The notes beneath the pieces were generated by a model that did not search any database, was not told where the DNA came from, and was given only the letters and a program-made list of their open reading frames with translations. A program made the position numbers and the translations under genes. DNA of 63,515 nucleotides, filler included, from Reticulomyxa filosa (taxonomy: Eukaryota; Protista; Foraminifera): the NCBI GenBank assembly GCA_000512085.1. It is 24 parts of 24 records of this genome, joined end to end, with 100 filler letters (N's around TTAATTAATTAA, not from the genome) between each part and the next. Parts side by side here need not be neighbours in the genome. Positions count along the whole stretch, not along the records: positions 49,429 to 51,353 come from ASPP01022255.1; positions 51,454 to 55,936 come from ASPP01017846.1; positions 56,037 to 57,609 come from ASPP01002633.1; positions 57,710 to 59,936 come from ASPP01007219.1; positions 60,037 to 63,515 come from ASPP01012409.1; 19 more parts are not named here. One strand, 5' to 3'. Positions 49,870-62,754 of the stretch are shown one piece after another. Position 1 is the stretch's first letter, and each line of letters starts with the position of its first letter.

Positions 49870-51205
49870 CGTTGTTGCCATCATAAGCATCACTGGCACT
49901 GAGCTTGACATCGCCACACTCATTAAGAAGCTTCAATTGAGGATATGCTATGTGAAAGTAGTCCATGAATAGGAGTACACAAAGCCACCACTTGCAGTGT
50001 GAATAGCCATTTTATAACGAAAGTAAAATTGACATAATGTCTTTTTTACTTTTTAGAACAAATCCAACGCGTTCCTCAAATATTCTTTTTATTCATCATC
50101 ATCTCCTTCCTCCTATCTTCATTCCCTTGTTTGCTTGTGATATTGGATTGGAGTTTCGCAACAATCATTCACCAAATTAAGTCATGATATCGGAAGAATG
50201 GTCCAATGTGAGAGTGGTTCACTCGACCACCATACAACATCATATTCTTCTTTGTCTTCTATTTCTTCGCCAATTCAGTTGCTGCTATCGTTGTAATATT
50301 GCGATATTGATATCGTTTCGTTTCCATTTTACACGATATTATCACGTCTTTTTTTTTTCATTTCTTCTTGACGAAACTTGTCTTTGTAGTTGGATAGCGT
50401 CAAGATCCAGATCGTCGACCAACAAAAATTCTCATAGTTTAATCAACGATTCCAATAGCATATAAAATTCGTTCGTTCAAGTCGCCCTTTTGATAGAAGA
50501 CATACTTTGAACTTGGATAATGATCGTTGTTGAAAATTTCGCAAATCTATTCAACAATTTTTGGATTAACGATAAGATGAGGTAATGTACCATTTATTTT
50601 TATTTTTTTTTTTTACTTTTGACGTATTCTTCTTTATTGCTTTCTTGAGTGCCATCTAACAAGTCTCTCTCGTGGTCAATAGTCGATACTGGAGGCAGTT
50701 CGTTAAAGATAGCTTTGTCTACAAACAATACAATAAGCTCTTTCTATCTATTCACAAATTATCAATAATCAATGTCACCTTCGAGCTTACCATTCCTCCC
50801 ATTAACACGTGCATGATCCAAAATTCAAAACTTGCGCATGTGTGCACGCACACACAAATAGCTTCGATTGTTGTTATGGGTTTATAAAATTATATTGCCA
50901 TTTCCATTACGACAAATTTTCCATTGTTTGTTGGCGCCAGTATATTGCATTTCGACACAACCTTTGCGGATAATTGTTGGCATAGCACAGCGTCGAGATT
51001 TGTGTATGTTCACGTTGATGGTAAACAAATTTTCACAATACTTTGGGCTACCACTGCCATATTCTTTCAACACTTTCCACTGGGACGCGCTATAGGAAGT
51101 TAGTTACGGCTGCGAGTGGCGATTTTGCGCGGTTCGAGATTTAAAAGAGAAAATTAATAACCAAGTTCAATAAAGCCGGTCAATTGATTTTTTTCTCCTT
51201 TAAAC
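49870..51205 (-). repeat. Second decayed copy of the 48400-49325 repeat family
   Basis: Same colinear blocks, with additional internal sequence. No intact ORF. Confidence 0.65.
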
Positions 51206-53303
51206 AAATCCAACGCAATATGGACCTGACATTCTCTTTCTTGTCAGTGTCTTGGAATTTCGGCCCAACTAAATTAAATCATTCTTGTATTGGATGATCC
51301 TTCCCGATGTAGTGCCTGCTCGATCGCAACATTGATTATTTTCTAACAGCGTTNNNNNNNNNNNNNNNNNNNNNNNNNNNNNNNNNNNNNNNNNNNNTTA
51401 ATTAATTAANNNNNNNNNNNNNNNNNNNNNNNNNNNNNNNNNNNNNNNNNNNNTTCATGAAGAAAAACGATTCTCTTCATATAATGCCATTTGGAGAATA
51501 TGATTGTAAAAGTTATAGACGTCAAAGATATTTTTTTTTATTTGGATGGGGATAACTAGTTTCGTTTACACGTTTTCGTTTCTAGTTAATAATTGTTGTT
51601 GTCAAAGATTGTAATTTGCTCTTTAATGATGTTGCAATAGTCAATCTATAAAAAAAACAAAACGATTTTAAATATAAGTTGCATAAAGAATTTTCAAATA
51701 ATTATTTTTAACTTTTCCGTAAATATCGACACCACTGCTACTATGATGAATAAACAATTTAGAATTTTTTTGCATGTCAAACTAAATGTCCAATTCAATG
51801 CAATGCAAATGTGAGCAAATGAACACCGGTTGTGGAAAGTCCAGTTGTTGAATGCAAATTTCAGACTACTTCAAATAGCTTGATGAAGTTTTCAAAGTAT
51901 GTTGATGATTCAACACATGTCTTGACAGCAAATATACGATAGTATGGATAATTTGATCACAAATACTTTCGATTAAAGCCTTGTCACTTGTCGTAATAGA
52001 ACTTATTTTAAACAAAAAGAACAACTTTAACTTTTTTTTTTTTGCACACAATTTTCCCAATCCCCAAACGTTCACAATTTTTAACTTGCCAAAGCATGCA
52101 TAAATGGTCTGCGTGCTCGCACAGTTCGGGCCAGGCGAAACTTCAACTTTGACATATCTGTTCCATCCTGAAAAAAACTCTACTCAAAAAATTATTATCA
52201 ATTAACAGTTTGGGTTAACGCTTGCTTAAAAATACAAAATGACTTGCCCTACAACTTTTAGAACGCCGTTCAAATTTTTTATGTATCTTATGTATTTTAT
52301 TTCGAAATAAGCATTTTTATATAACGTTTTCAACGATCAATTCATTAACAAATGGAACGTCAAAGAAACAAGTTATTTTTCAGTAAATTATGGAAGAATG
52401 AAATATGAATATCAATACGTATCTGTTTTTATTGAATATTTGAAACTTTAGACCAAAAAAATTAATTTTTCGTTCAAATAATAACACAAATTTACAAGCA
52501 AAGTTATTGTTATAGTGTTTTCTTTTAAAAGTGTAATACATGTTATTGAATAATATTATTTTTTCATTTTTCATTGCGTGCAATTCTTTTTCTAATGATC
52601 AAGGAAAACATAATATTCAACCAGAAAGCATAGCTAATGAAAAATTTAAAAACCAAAAAAATTTATGTTATTGTTCAAAGCAAGCATAGCGAAAGTTTTA
52701 GCAAATTTATGCAATATAATCTTATTTTTTTTGACAAATCACTATTTGAAGAAATCTAAAGTATTTTGGAGCTTTCAAATCCATTTGATACTAGCCACTA
52801 GCATCCACTGAAAAAAAAAATCTATCATATCTGTTGTTGTACAGTGGCATACCACAAAGATTTTTACAATAAAAACCAATGAACAAACTTGAGATACGAT
52901 GAAATAAAAAAAATAATGGAAAAATAAATATCAGACATGCCAATGACAATATCTTTAGCGTATTATTCTTACGTTCTCTGGCAATGTTGTTTTCGACATC
53001 ACTTTCTGCAAAATTTAACAATTTTACTAAATCATTTTAATTGCTATACAAAAAACTCCAAGTGCCCACAAATTTAACATATCAATAAAATTTACAAAAA
53101 TTAATTTTTTACATTATCATTCGAACAGTTCAAACACTTCAATTTTAAATTAATGGTAACATTTTAAACTATCACCAATGATGAAAAATCTAGACATTCT
53201 CTAAACAATAAAAACTTAAAACTTTAAAACTGCAGAAAAAAAGCAAAATAAGGAAAGAACAACATATTAAAGAAAGATCACCATCGCGACTACACATCAC
53301 ATT

Positions 53304-53520
53304 CAATGACAAATCTAATAATGAAAAAAGGATATCTTGCGCCTTGATGGAAATTGCAGGGAGTTCAAAGAGTTTTCTTAATTTCAAGTACATATTATAA
53401 CAAAATAAATTAAAGTATAGTTTGTTGTAATAGGTACTTGAAATTAAGAAAACTCTTTGAACGCCCTGCAATTTCCATCGAGGCGCAAGATGTCATTCTT
53501 AATTACTAGATTTGTCATTG
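53304..53520. repeat. Long inverted repeat/fold-back (about 100-bp arms, about 16-nt loop)
   Basis: caatgacaaatcta...atcttgcgccttgatggaaattgcagggagttcaaagagttttcttaatttcaagtac pairs with gtacttgaaattaagaaaactctttgaacgccctgcaatttccatcgaggcgcaagat...tagatttgtcattg. Confidence 0.92.
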
Positions 53521-53899
53521 GTTTGATTTTCACCTGAAAGTGGGAACGAGAAATAACAGTGGACTACTGAAAAATTTTTCAAAAAGGCTGAATGCTTTTT
53601 TCAAAATAACAAAATAAATTAAAGTATGGTTTGTTATAATATGTACTTGTTGTTCCTTTTCGTTGTAGATCAATCTGATCAACAATAAAATATTTTGGAT
53701 CTTAAAAATGATTTATCTACTCAATGGCGTATTTGGTTTGTCTTAAAACTTTTTTGAAGCTGTGTCTTTTATTGTTTAACAAGGGTTTTGTTCGATGTTC
53801 GTGTCAAAATCTTTCTAAAATAAATTTTTAGTAATGCTGTTATTTGAAGCAGAGACAAGGAAGAAGAAAGCAAAGAACAGAAAATGGTGAACCGTTCCC

Positions 53900-54438
53900 T
53901 TTCTTCATGAGAAGAATGCAGTTTCACACTTGTCAGTTGCCAACAACATGACCAATTGACTGCGCATTTTATCACTCAAAATGATACATGCTTTCTGTTG
54001 ATATTTCCATTTGTTTCTTTTTTCCAATTTTAGACAGTCATCACGCCAACATTGAAGTGTTTTGCAACTTTTCACATAGATTTCCATCCAAAAGCATTTG
54101 CAAAGTTCTTCCATTTGTAAGTATAATTAATTTAAAATTTTGTTTGGTAAGATAGTTTTTTTTAACATTAAATTTTTCAAACTACTTAGGAAAAAGAATG
54201 ATGCTAACTTTTCAAATAAATTCAAGAGATAAGATAATACAACATAGAGAAAAGATAGTATGTGATTTGCTCTATGTATCTATAAAATTATTTTACTTTA
54301 GATCTTTTCAATAAAGATCTACAAGTCAAATACTAAAAAAACCACTTTTTTTTGGTGTAATGTTTTTTTCATGAAGAAAATCAATCATCTATATAAGGTG
54401 TCGTTTTAGGTGTCAACTTTATTTTGCATTATACTGTA
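53900..54438 (-). mobile_element. Degenerate pogo/Tigger-like element: relic transposase HTH plus CAGTA terminus
   Basis: Minus strand 54020-54105 reads QMLLDG/KSM*KVAKHFNVGVMTV*NWKK. Terminus TA|CAGTATAATGCAAAAT at 54438-54420. Internal blocks are shared with 60690-61370. Confidence 0.72.
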
Positions 54439-55045
54439 TATCAAACAAATTAAATGATTTAAACAATTACAAATGCTGTGCTTTTTTACAGACAACTTTA
54501 ATTATCACTTATCAATATTAAAGTCAGAAAATTGGCAAGGATAAAAAATGATAGAAATAAATAAACAAAATTATCAAGTACCGTTGTTTTGTAAAGATGC
54601 CAGATTGCCAATTGAATATAATGAAGATAACACACTTTTCAATCTCATTAATACCTGTTTGTGATGATATTACATCATTCAATTATTATGCATATGTATG
54701 TATCAATAATGTCACCTTGTTCTCTGGTGGATATAAGTGAGTTTTAAGAAATGTTGTTTCAAAATCAGTGCATAAATATTCAATTCGAGAAAACAAATTG
54801 ATGACACTTTACGCAGTCTTTATTTGACTGTGTTGTAGTATTGAGTGGAGAAGACATGTATATTTATCATCCATTCCTCCGATGATGTTTATATGATTAA
54901 GTATCAACTCACATGAAGATAAAAGTGCTTGTATGTGATCATTCACAGTTGGTAATGATTTGTTTATTTATTTTGATTGACAAAAATAAATGATAAACAG
55001 ACAAAAAAATGAAATAAAATTGATTATTTAATATCGGACTTCATA
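54439..55045 (+). pseudogene. Kelch-like pseudogene, paralog of 43377-44098
   Basis: KSVHKYSIRENK, VSTHMKIKV, the same intron start (gtaatgatttgtttatttattttg) and an eroded box (KNEIKLII*Y). Starts at the transposon terminus. Confidence 0.8.
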
Positions 55046-55570
55046 AGATTGTTCAAAGAAATCTGACAAATATTAACATAAAATGCAAATTTAAAAAACG
55101 GTGTTTACTGAATCTGTAATGGACTTCTATTTAACTTTTTAGCCAGATGTTTTTCTTATCGCAAAGTAAGACATCAAAAAAAGTTGAAAGATCGTCACTT
55201 TTAAAAATGATCTTGATGTAAAAATATTTTTTAGCAAGCAAAGTGCTGTCGTGTAAACATTGGATAGTAATTTTTAAAGATAGATAACTTTCTGCACCTT
55301 TTTTATTAAAGGAGCAAATGTATGTATCTTTGAACACGCATATGAATGCAGATCGCATTGAATAAACTTTGTGGTTTTAAAAAGGGCACTGAATTTTTGT
55401 TCCACCTTTTGTGTTTTTGGAAATTATTGGGACAAGAGTAAAGTGTTGACATTTTATACGTTTGAGAGAGTGGATGAACAATCGAAAATATCCATTTTAT
55501 TTTCTTTTATTGTTCACCAAATTGCAACAAAATTATTGATATCTTTTTCTTGAATGTATTTATGGACTAA

Positions 55571-55710
55571 TTGCATATTTGCAAAAAAAGTAATTTTGAT
55601 GAAAAAAATTGAACAAAAGATTACTCTAAATGTAATGATCTAGTCTGGAAATGATCCATAAACTATTGATGGGAATTGTTTGAAATGAGTTTTAAAAAAA
55701 TTCATATTCA
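55571..55710 (-). repeat. AT-rich dispersed repeat shared with 44318-44428 (opposite orientation)
   Basis: ttgcatattt-caaaaaaagtaattttga...atgatc-agtctggaaatga...tttgaaatgagttt is present in both places, each downstream of a Kelch-family copy. Confidence 0.7.
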
Positions 55711-57709
55711 ACTATACGCTCTTGTGCATTAAAATTACCCATTTCCTATAATTTTGAGTAAACTAGAAATTAATACCGAAAATTCTTGTTAACTTCAAAA
55801 AATTTTTTTTGGAGAAACAAAGACTTTTTTGCTAGTAAAGAAGCAAAAATACTAAGAAATTAGAAGTTATTCTAGTTTCAGAAATAACAGTATAAATAAT
55901 GAATGTGATTATAAGTTCAATAAGACACAAAGTTTTNNNNNNNNNNNNNNNNNNNNNNNNNNNNNNNNNNNNNNNNNNNNTTAATTAATTAANNNNNNNN
56001 NNNNNNNNNNNNNNNNNNNNNNNNNNNNNNNNNNNNAATTGAACGTCATATGTCAAAATCAATATAATCAATATTTACAATACTTTACAAACACAAATAG
56101 GTAATGATAATACATGCAATTTTACATCCAAAATAAGAGATATCAATAATCATTTGAAAATTAAACATAATAAATTGTTTGTTTGCACCGTTTGGATGTA
56201 ATTATTCATGTAATAAAGCGAATTAAAGATTGATTGAAAATATATACACATTTCGAATTAGTAATTAAAAAACAGACACAAAAGTTTATTTTTTATTTTC
56301 TTTATCAAAATTGATAATAACAAACAAATATAAAATATTTCGGAAATAAAAGCACAAGAGGTGTATTTTATTTTCGTATTTCTATTTTATTACATACAAA
56401 CAAATTACATTAAACAGAGCTATTTTAGAAATATCAATTTTCATTTTTACTTAAACTTTATGTATAATCATTTCACTTTTTTCTAATCATATAATTAGAT
56501 TTTATTATTTCAAAAATCATATGTTATTAAATGTTCAAATTTAGTTCTGCAAATAATAAAGAAAAATTAAATTATATTATATAAAGAAAATTGATTTTAA
56601 AGATTCGATAAATAATCCTGAATTTTATTTTCTCACAATGACTATTATATACAAGTTGTTATGACTACAAGTAATATATAACATAAAAAATGAAGTAGTT
56701 ATTTCAATGATTATATTACTTACACAGAATGGACAAGTACAATTGAACAAAATTTTCTAATAAAAAAAAATACTAGAAAAAAAAAATTGGGAGAATTACT
56801 TGAGAAAAAGTTCGACAGAAAAAAAGACTCGAATAAAAGACTGATGAAATAGTAGAAAAAATGATCAACACAAAAAAAAATCTTAAATAAATAAATCCAT
56901 TCGTTAATCAAAAATTAAAAGAAATATAAAAAGTAATGAAAATTGATACAACAATAAGTTCGAATGGGACAACTGAACGATTCATTCAAGCAAACAACGA
57001 CAAATATCAATCTTCATACAAGCGAACGAAAACAAGAAATTTTAATTTTGATTCAGCAAAGATTTTCTTTTTTTAATCAGATCGATTCAATACTGTTGTG
57101 ATTCAGTCGGATATTATTTATAAATTGGATTTTGGGCAAGTTGTTAACGTTCATATATTTTGTTTTTTTAATAAAAAATAAATTGCTATTAAATAGTTGA
57201 TCTATAAAAGTCATTCTACTAGCAAATGTACCACCTATTGCAGCAAAAATTCCTACAAATATTGCATCAGTTACTCCATCTTATTTTCTTTTGCATCAAA
57301 TTCGTAATTAAATATTCATTTGTGATTTTTTTAAAAAATAAAAACAATAATAAAAATACAAAACTTGATAATTATTTTTTTGCCATTCCAAAATGACTGT
57401 TTGAATGTAATCTTGTATTCAAATACTACTGCAGAACAAAAGCACTAAAAGATATGACGCATCGCTCTCATTTTGGCAAAGTCGTCCATACGTAGAATCA
57501 ACTTTTACTCGATACAGTTGAGATTTCAAAAGATACACCAAAAACACACTTTTGTAGAGCTCAGAAAGTACCACCAAGTCCGCGCTATCGCGACTCAATA
57601 ACTCCTTTCNNNNNNNNNNNNNNNNNNNNNNNNNNNNNNNNNNNNNNNNNNNNTTAATTAATTAANNNNNNNNNNNNNNNNNNNNNNNNNNNNNNNNNNN
57701 NNNNNNNNN

Positions 57710-59570
57710 CGTATATTGACCTCAGTTGCTTTAAGTGTACCGAGGTGCAAATTACTGGTAATTGATACAGTAACTCATTTACTGGTAACGGGCGGCTTGT
57801 GTGATAGGGTATCGATACTAGCTTAGCCTTAAGGGTGTTCAACGCCTTTCGGAAAATTGACAATATCTAGGCAAATACATGTCTTTTGTTTTTGGCAGAA
57901 CTCATAGTGTTGGGTAACTTCTACTGAACTTTGGGCAAAACCGAAATCCACTAACTGATAACAAGGCTTGTGAAGGCGATCCGGACGGTCGAGACAAAGT
58001 GTTTTTACACCAATCGGCTCTACTGCAAGCCATGTTGGGACAAAATACCACACATGGAATTGGATCAAGCATCAGATCTAATGGTAAAACAGATATATTA
58101 ACTACACTTCAGAATATATCTGCCACTAGTAAATAATTTGCTGCTGGTATGCATAGTGGCATTGGAATTGGAATTAATCAGGGATTAATATTTCAAATTC
58201 CAGGCTATCGAATTCCTATGGTGAAAGTGGAACCATTTGATAGAAATAAATCGAGACCAAAGTCTCATTTCAGGCAATGCAGAAACTCTACAAATTAAAC
58301 CATATTGCTCGTGAATGCACAAAGAAACGTAAAGAGTGCAAGTATTGTGGATTGGCTACTCACGAAGTGGCAAAATGCAGAAACGAGAATAACACAAGCA
58401 AACACAAATGTATGTTATGTAGTGGGCAATATCCAAATAAGTAACAAATGGGAATAATTTAGATTGAAATTGCATCTAATTGTCAATATTTCTTTTCAAT
58501 CTATTGATCCTATTGTATTAGGAAACACAGAGACATTGGACAAAGTAGTTGAATTTTGGGCCAAATGTGTTGTTGATGCTGGAGAGGCAATCATTGGTAT
58601 AAGGGCAATATGGAAAGGCAATAAACCTTGGTGGAGTGACAGTTTATGTCGATTACGAAAGAGAGCTCAAAAATCAAAGGACCGATTTTGTAAGCAGAGG
58701 ACACCGAGGAATTTAATGCTATATAAAAAAATTTCCAAGCAGCTGCAACGGAAAGTGTTATTTGAAAAACATCAACACATGATAAAGAGTATTGACTCAT
58801 TGCATGAAGGGAACACCGGTAATCTATTCACACAATTTAAGGCATTGAAAAACAATAAGATATGTATTATCCCAGCATTGGTGGACAAGGAGATGAATTC
58901 AGTGGCAAGATCAGATGCAGATAAAGCGTATCTGTTGACAAAGACATTTCAAAGCTACCTCAACATCCAAAAGATGTTAGATTCAAAGTGGTAATGTTCA
59001 AGCCATTGGAATTGGATGAAAGTTGTATTTGATCATTTGATATCCATCAAAGTGACATTACAAAGGAGGAGGTTATTGAATCATTGAGATATTTGTCTCC
59101 ATATAAAGCACAAGGTCCTATAACATCTACAAGGACATTAATGTGGTGATTGAATGAGAAACAGTTAGCAGGATTCCAATCGTGGCATAACACAGATGGA
59201 TTGTTATTGAGATTGACTGAGATGATTCACAAGTCATTTGATTACAATTTAGTGACATATGCAGTATTATTAGACATTTCTGCAGCGTATGATAGTGTTT
59301 GGAGAAATGGATTGAGATATAAAATGAAAAATGAATTAAAATTAGATGGAAGTTATATTGGTGGATTGACAGCTTTTTATCAGATCGACTTGGAAGAGTA
59401 GTATTGAATGGAACTAATTCAGAATGGATGGAATTCAATACTGGTGTTCATCAAGGATCTGCTTTATTCCCAATACTATTTCTATTATATATCAATGACC
59501 TACCGACAGTAATTCATCAGCCTATTCAGTGCGACATGTTTGCTGATGACGTGGCATTGTGGAGCGACCA
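57710..59570 (+). mobile_element. Degenerate non-LTR retrotransposon (LINE): ORF1 zinc knuckles plus ORF2 reverse transcriptase remnants
   Basis: Three CCHC-like knuckles at about 58275-58430 (QCRN...HIAREC, CKYCGLATHEVAKC, CMLCSGQY). ORF2 remnants NKPWWS, KAQGP, AGFQ, LLDISAAYDSVW, GVHQGSALFPILFLLYINDL and MFADDVALW. Stops, frameshifts and deletions throughout. Confidence 0.92.
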
Positions 59571-60036
59571 ACTAGGGTTATTACAACAAAGTTTTTTTTT
59601 TTAGATGAGAAGAATGTAATTTGTTAAATTGACACAAAGGCAAAATATTGTAAAACAAGCACCTCACTCAAAATTGAATACAGTACTAAATAATACAATA
59701 CGTTACAAAGAGTAACTAACAAATAACATCCATGCTTCAACATTGAAGCAATAATTTTACTTTAAAATTTGTTTTAGTGAAAATAGATCTTGTATCATTT
59801 AACGTTCCAGAGATCTATTGCAAAAAATGCTCGCAAGAAAGCATTGCAATTGCAACCAGACTTGAATCAATCATGGATTGAATCTATATTTCACAGAGCA
59901 ACGGAATAGACATTGGATATGTGAATTTTTTTTTTTNNNNNNNNNNNNNNNNNNNNNNNNNNNNNNNNNNNNNNNNNNNNTTAATTAATTAANNNNNNNN
60001 NNNNNNNNNNNNNNNNNNNNNNNNNNNNNNNNNNNN

Positions 60037-60219
60037 ATGTTGATTTCATCCAACAAAAAAAAAAGTTATTAAAAAATCAATATCATATTTAAAAACTACA
60101 AGACTTGTAGATATTTTTTTAAAAAAAAATTAGGTCTAAATGTTGATTTTTCATTGATAAAATCAATTATCATCATAAGATATATTTTAGGCGTTCAGTT
60201 TTCTTTGCAACCTACTGTA
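60037..60219 (-). mobile_element. Terminus/TIR of the pogo-like family
   Basis: Minus strand TA|CAGTAGGTTGCAAAGAAAACTG from 60219. Near-identical to 44431-44607. Confidence 0.75.
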
Positions 60220-60570
60220 TATGAACCTAAAATTAGAAAATGTTAGTCATTGGATATGTTGTATTATTCAAGAAAAAATGTAGTTGCTAAACTTGTAATA
60301 CTACATAGAAGAAGTTTAAAATATAATTTTGCAAGTGTAAAACAAGTTTTCAGATGAGTAATACATTGAATGAATAGCTCGAAATTAGTCTTCAAGTAAA
60401 GTTATATTCACATTGCAAAAAGTTACTCCAAAAATAAAAACATTGCCATTGACATATCACAATTCAAAAGCTGTATTAAATGTAATATAGAAATAAGCAA
60501 AACACAATGTAAACATTGAAGAAAAGTTATTGAATGAAAATTAAAATAATCACTAACTTATGATTAATTG

Positions 60571-61785
60571 TACATATGTTGAAGAAAAAACTGGCATACC
60601 TGATGAAGAGAATAGATTTTCTCCATGAAAAATAAACATTCAAACTTAATTTTTTTTTTATAATATCCACAACTCTTGCATTTATTTGAAAAGTTCTGTA
60701 TAATTCTTTTTCCTCAGATGTTTGAAAATTATTTTACTAAATAAAAAAAGTTTAAAATTAATTATACTGACTAATATTAAAGCATTTAACGCACAATAAA
60801 CACATAAAAAAGTAAAAATCATTATGGTGAAGCAATGTGATTAGTTTACAATTGAATATCTGTGCAAATGCTTTTGGACAGAAAGTAGCAAAACACTTCA
60901 ATGTTGGTGTGATAACTGTCCAAAATTGGAAAAAAGCGTTTCAAATAAACGGAAATATCAACATAAATCGTGGATCATGAAGAAATCTATGCTAAGTGAT
61001 AAAATGAGCATGCGAGTGGTCAGGTGGTTGGTAACTGATAAGTGTGAAACTTCAAATAACATAAAAATAGAACTGAAAAAAACTGACAACATATCATTGC
61101 ATCAAACATAAAAACTTCTTTTAAACACAAGTGTAAACGTTTGTTAAATGGATTATTTTTCTTTACAGTTTGATAGAGATTTAATAAAAAAATTTTGTTA
61201 CGAAAAATAAAGTCATACTGTAAAAGCAAGCAAAAAAATTGAATAGATAATCTTTCAAATAAATGCAAGAGATAAGATAGTACAACATAGAGTAAATATA
61301 TTCTGCGATTTGTTCTATGTATCTACAAGATTATTTTTACTTAAGCTCTTTTCAATAAAGATATACAAGTGACAATCGCTAATCGAATCAATACCAAAAA
61401 GAATAAAAGCGGTACTTAACGCAAAAGGAAAATATACAAAATGGTAAAAAAAACAAAAACTTTACATCAAAAATTTTTAATTAAAATTCAATTTAAAAAA
61501 AACTTAAAAAGTTCAATTTTAAATATTAATTTTTTAAAAACTACGAAAGATACAATACTAATTTTAAAAAATGTACACATGACTTGAAAATTCTTGAAAA
61601 GAACAAAAAGATTTTAAAATTTCATCTTGGCAATATATGTTTGATTTATATGCATTACTGCAAAATTTTCAAAAATCATATGAAAAACATTGATTTTAAC
61701 CAACTTAGAAAAAAGTTATTATAAAACCAATTTCATATTTAAAAACTACAAGATTTGTATGTATTTTTAAAAAATAGGTTTTTAC
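60571..61785 (+). mobile_element. Degenerate non-autonomous pogo-like element with eroded long TIRs and relic HTH
   Basis: Left end tacatatgttgaagaaaaaactg...gattttctccatgaaaaat. HTH KVAKHFNVGVITVQNWKK at 60882-60935. Inverted inner-TIR copy at about 61690-61780. Confidence 0.65.
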
Positions 61786-62754
61786 CTGTTAGTAAGTCTT
61801 TTATTATCATTAGTTGTTCCAAAACAAAAATATAATAAATTTATTGTTATTGAGTCAATATTACTCACATCGACTTCACTAAAAATAGAATTCATTATAA
61901 ATGAACGAAACAATGCAAAAAAACGAAAAAAATATCACGTAAGTTTTGTGGAAAAAGTATTTTATATGACAAAAATTTTGTTTACTAAATGTTTGCAGAA
62001 CGTATTATGACAGTTTGAAAGAAGATATCCAAACAGAGCTATGTTTTTTTGTTTTATTTTCCTTTTGTAGCATCATGCCACATTATAAATAATATATCAT
62101 AGTTTTTTGTTTTTATTTGCAAAGATTTTGTGTAACTGTACACTCCCCCGTGGCAAAGTTCCAACGCTAAAATTTTATTCGCACCAACATTTTCTCTGTT
62201 TTGACCAAAATTTCCATAAATAATTAATATAGGACTAAACAACAGAATAAAGAAAGTATAACTTTTGTCTTACACTTTCTGCCACTGTACAACCTCGTTC
62301 AATCAGCTTTGAGCTAGTTAGAAGGTACTATATTGCAATTTGAATGAATAATAAATTTGATCATTCTGTCAGTCAAAATTAAGGGTTATGTTAATAAAAA
62401 TTACCGTTTACAATCACGCCTAAATATAAAAAAATGCGTGTTGACCATAAGTTTCTAGAAATATATGTTCGTAACAAAGCCACTCTATGACTAATCATTA
62501 CTTTTGTGTTTTGCATTTTTCGGCAAAGTGAATTAATTTGATTGTTGTTATTGCACTTCAAAGCGAACACTCCGAATAAGACAAGTCACACACAAGAGAA
62601 AGGGTTTTTTGCCGTCCAAAGTGGACTGTTCTTTAAATTCACTGTGAGTTTTTGTGTGCAATTTCCAGCCAGAATTGTTGTGCATTTTTTTTTCCGTGAA
62701 GATATCTTGTTCTCCATTTGCAATTTACTGAACATATAAAGACATAAGCAAATA

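Noticed and set aside
1978-60036. Regularly recurring TTAATTAATTAA as a biological repeat, and ORFs ending in XXX-LIN
   Set aside because: Always centred in 44+44 Ns. It is an artificial six-frame stop linker.
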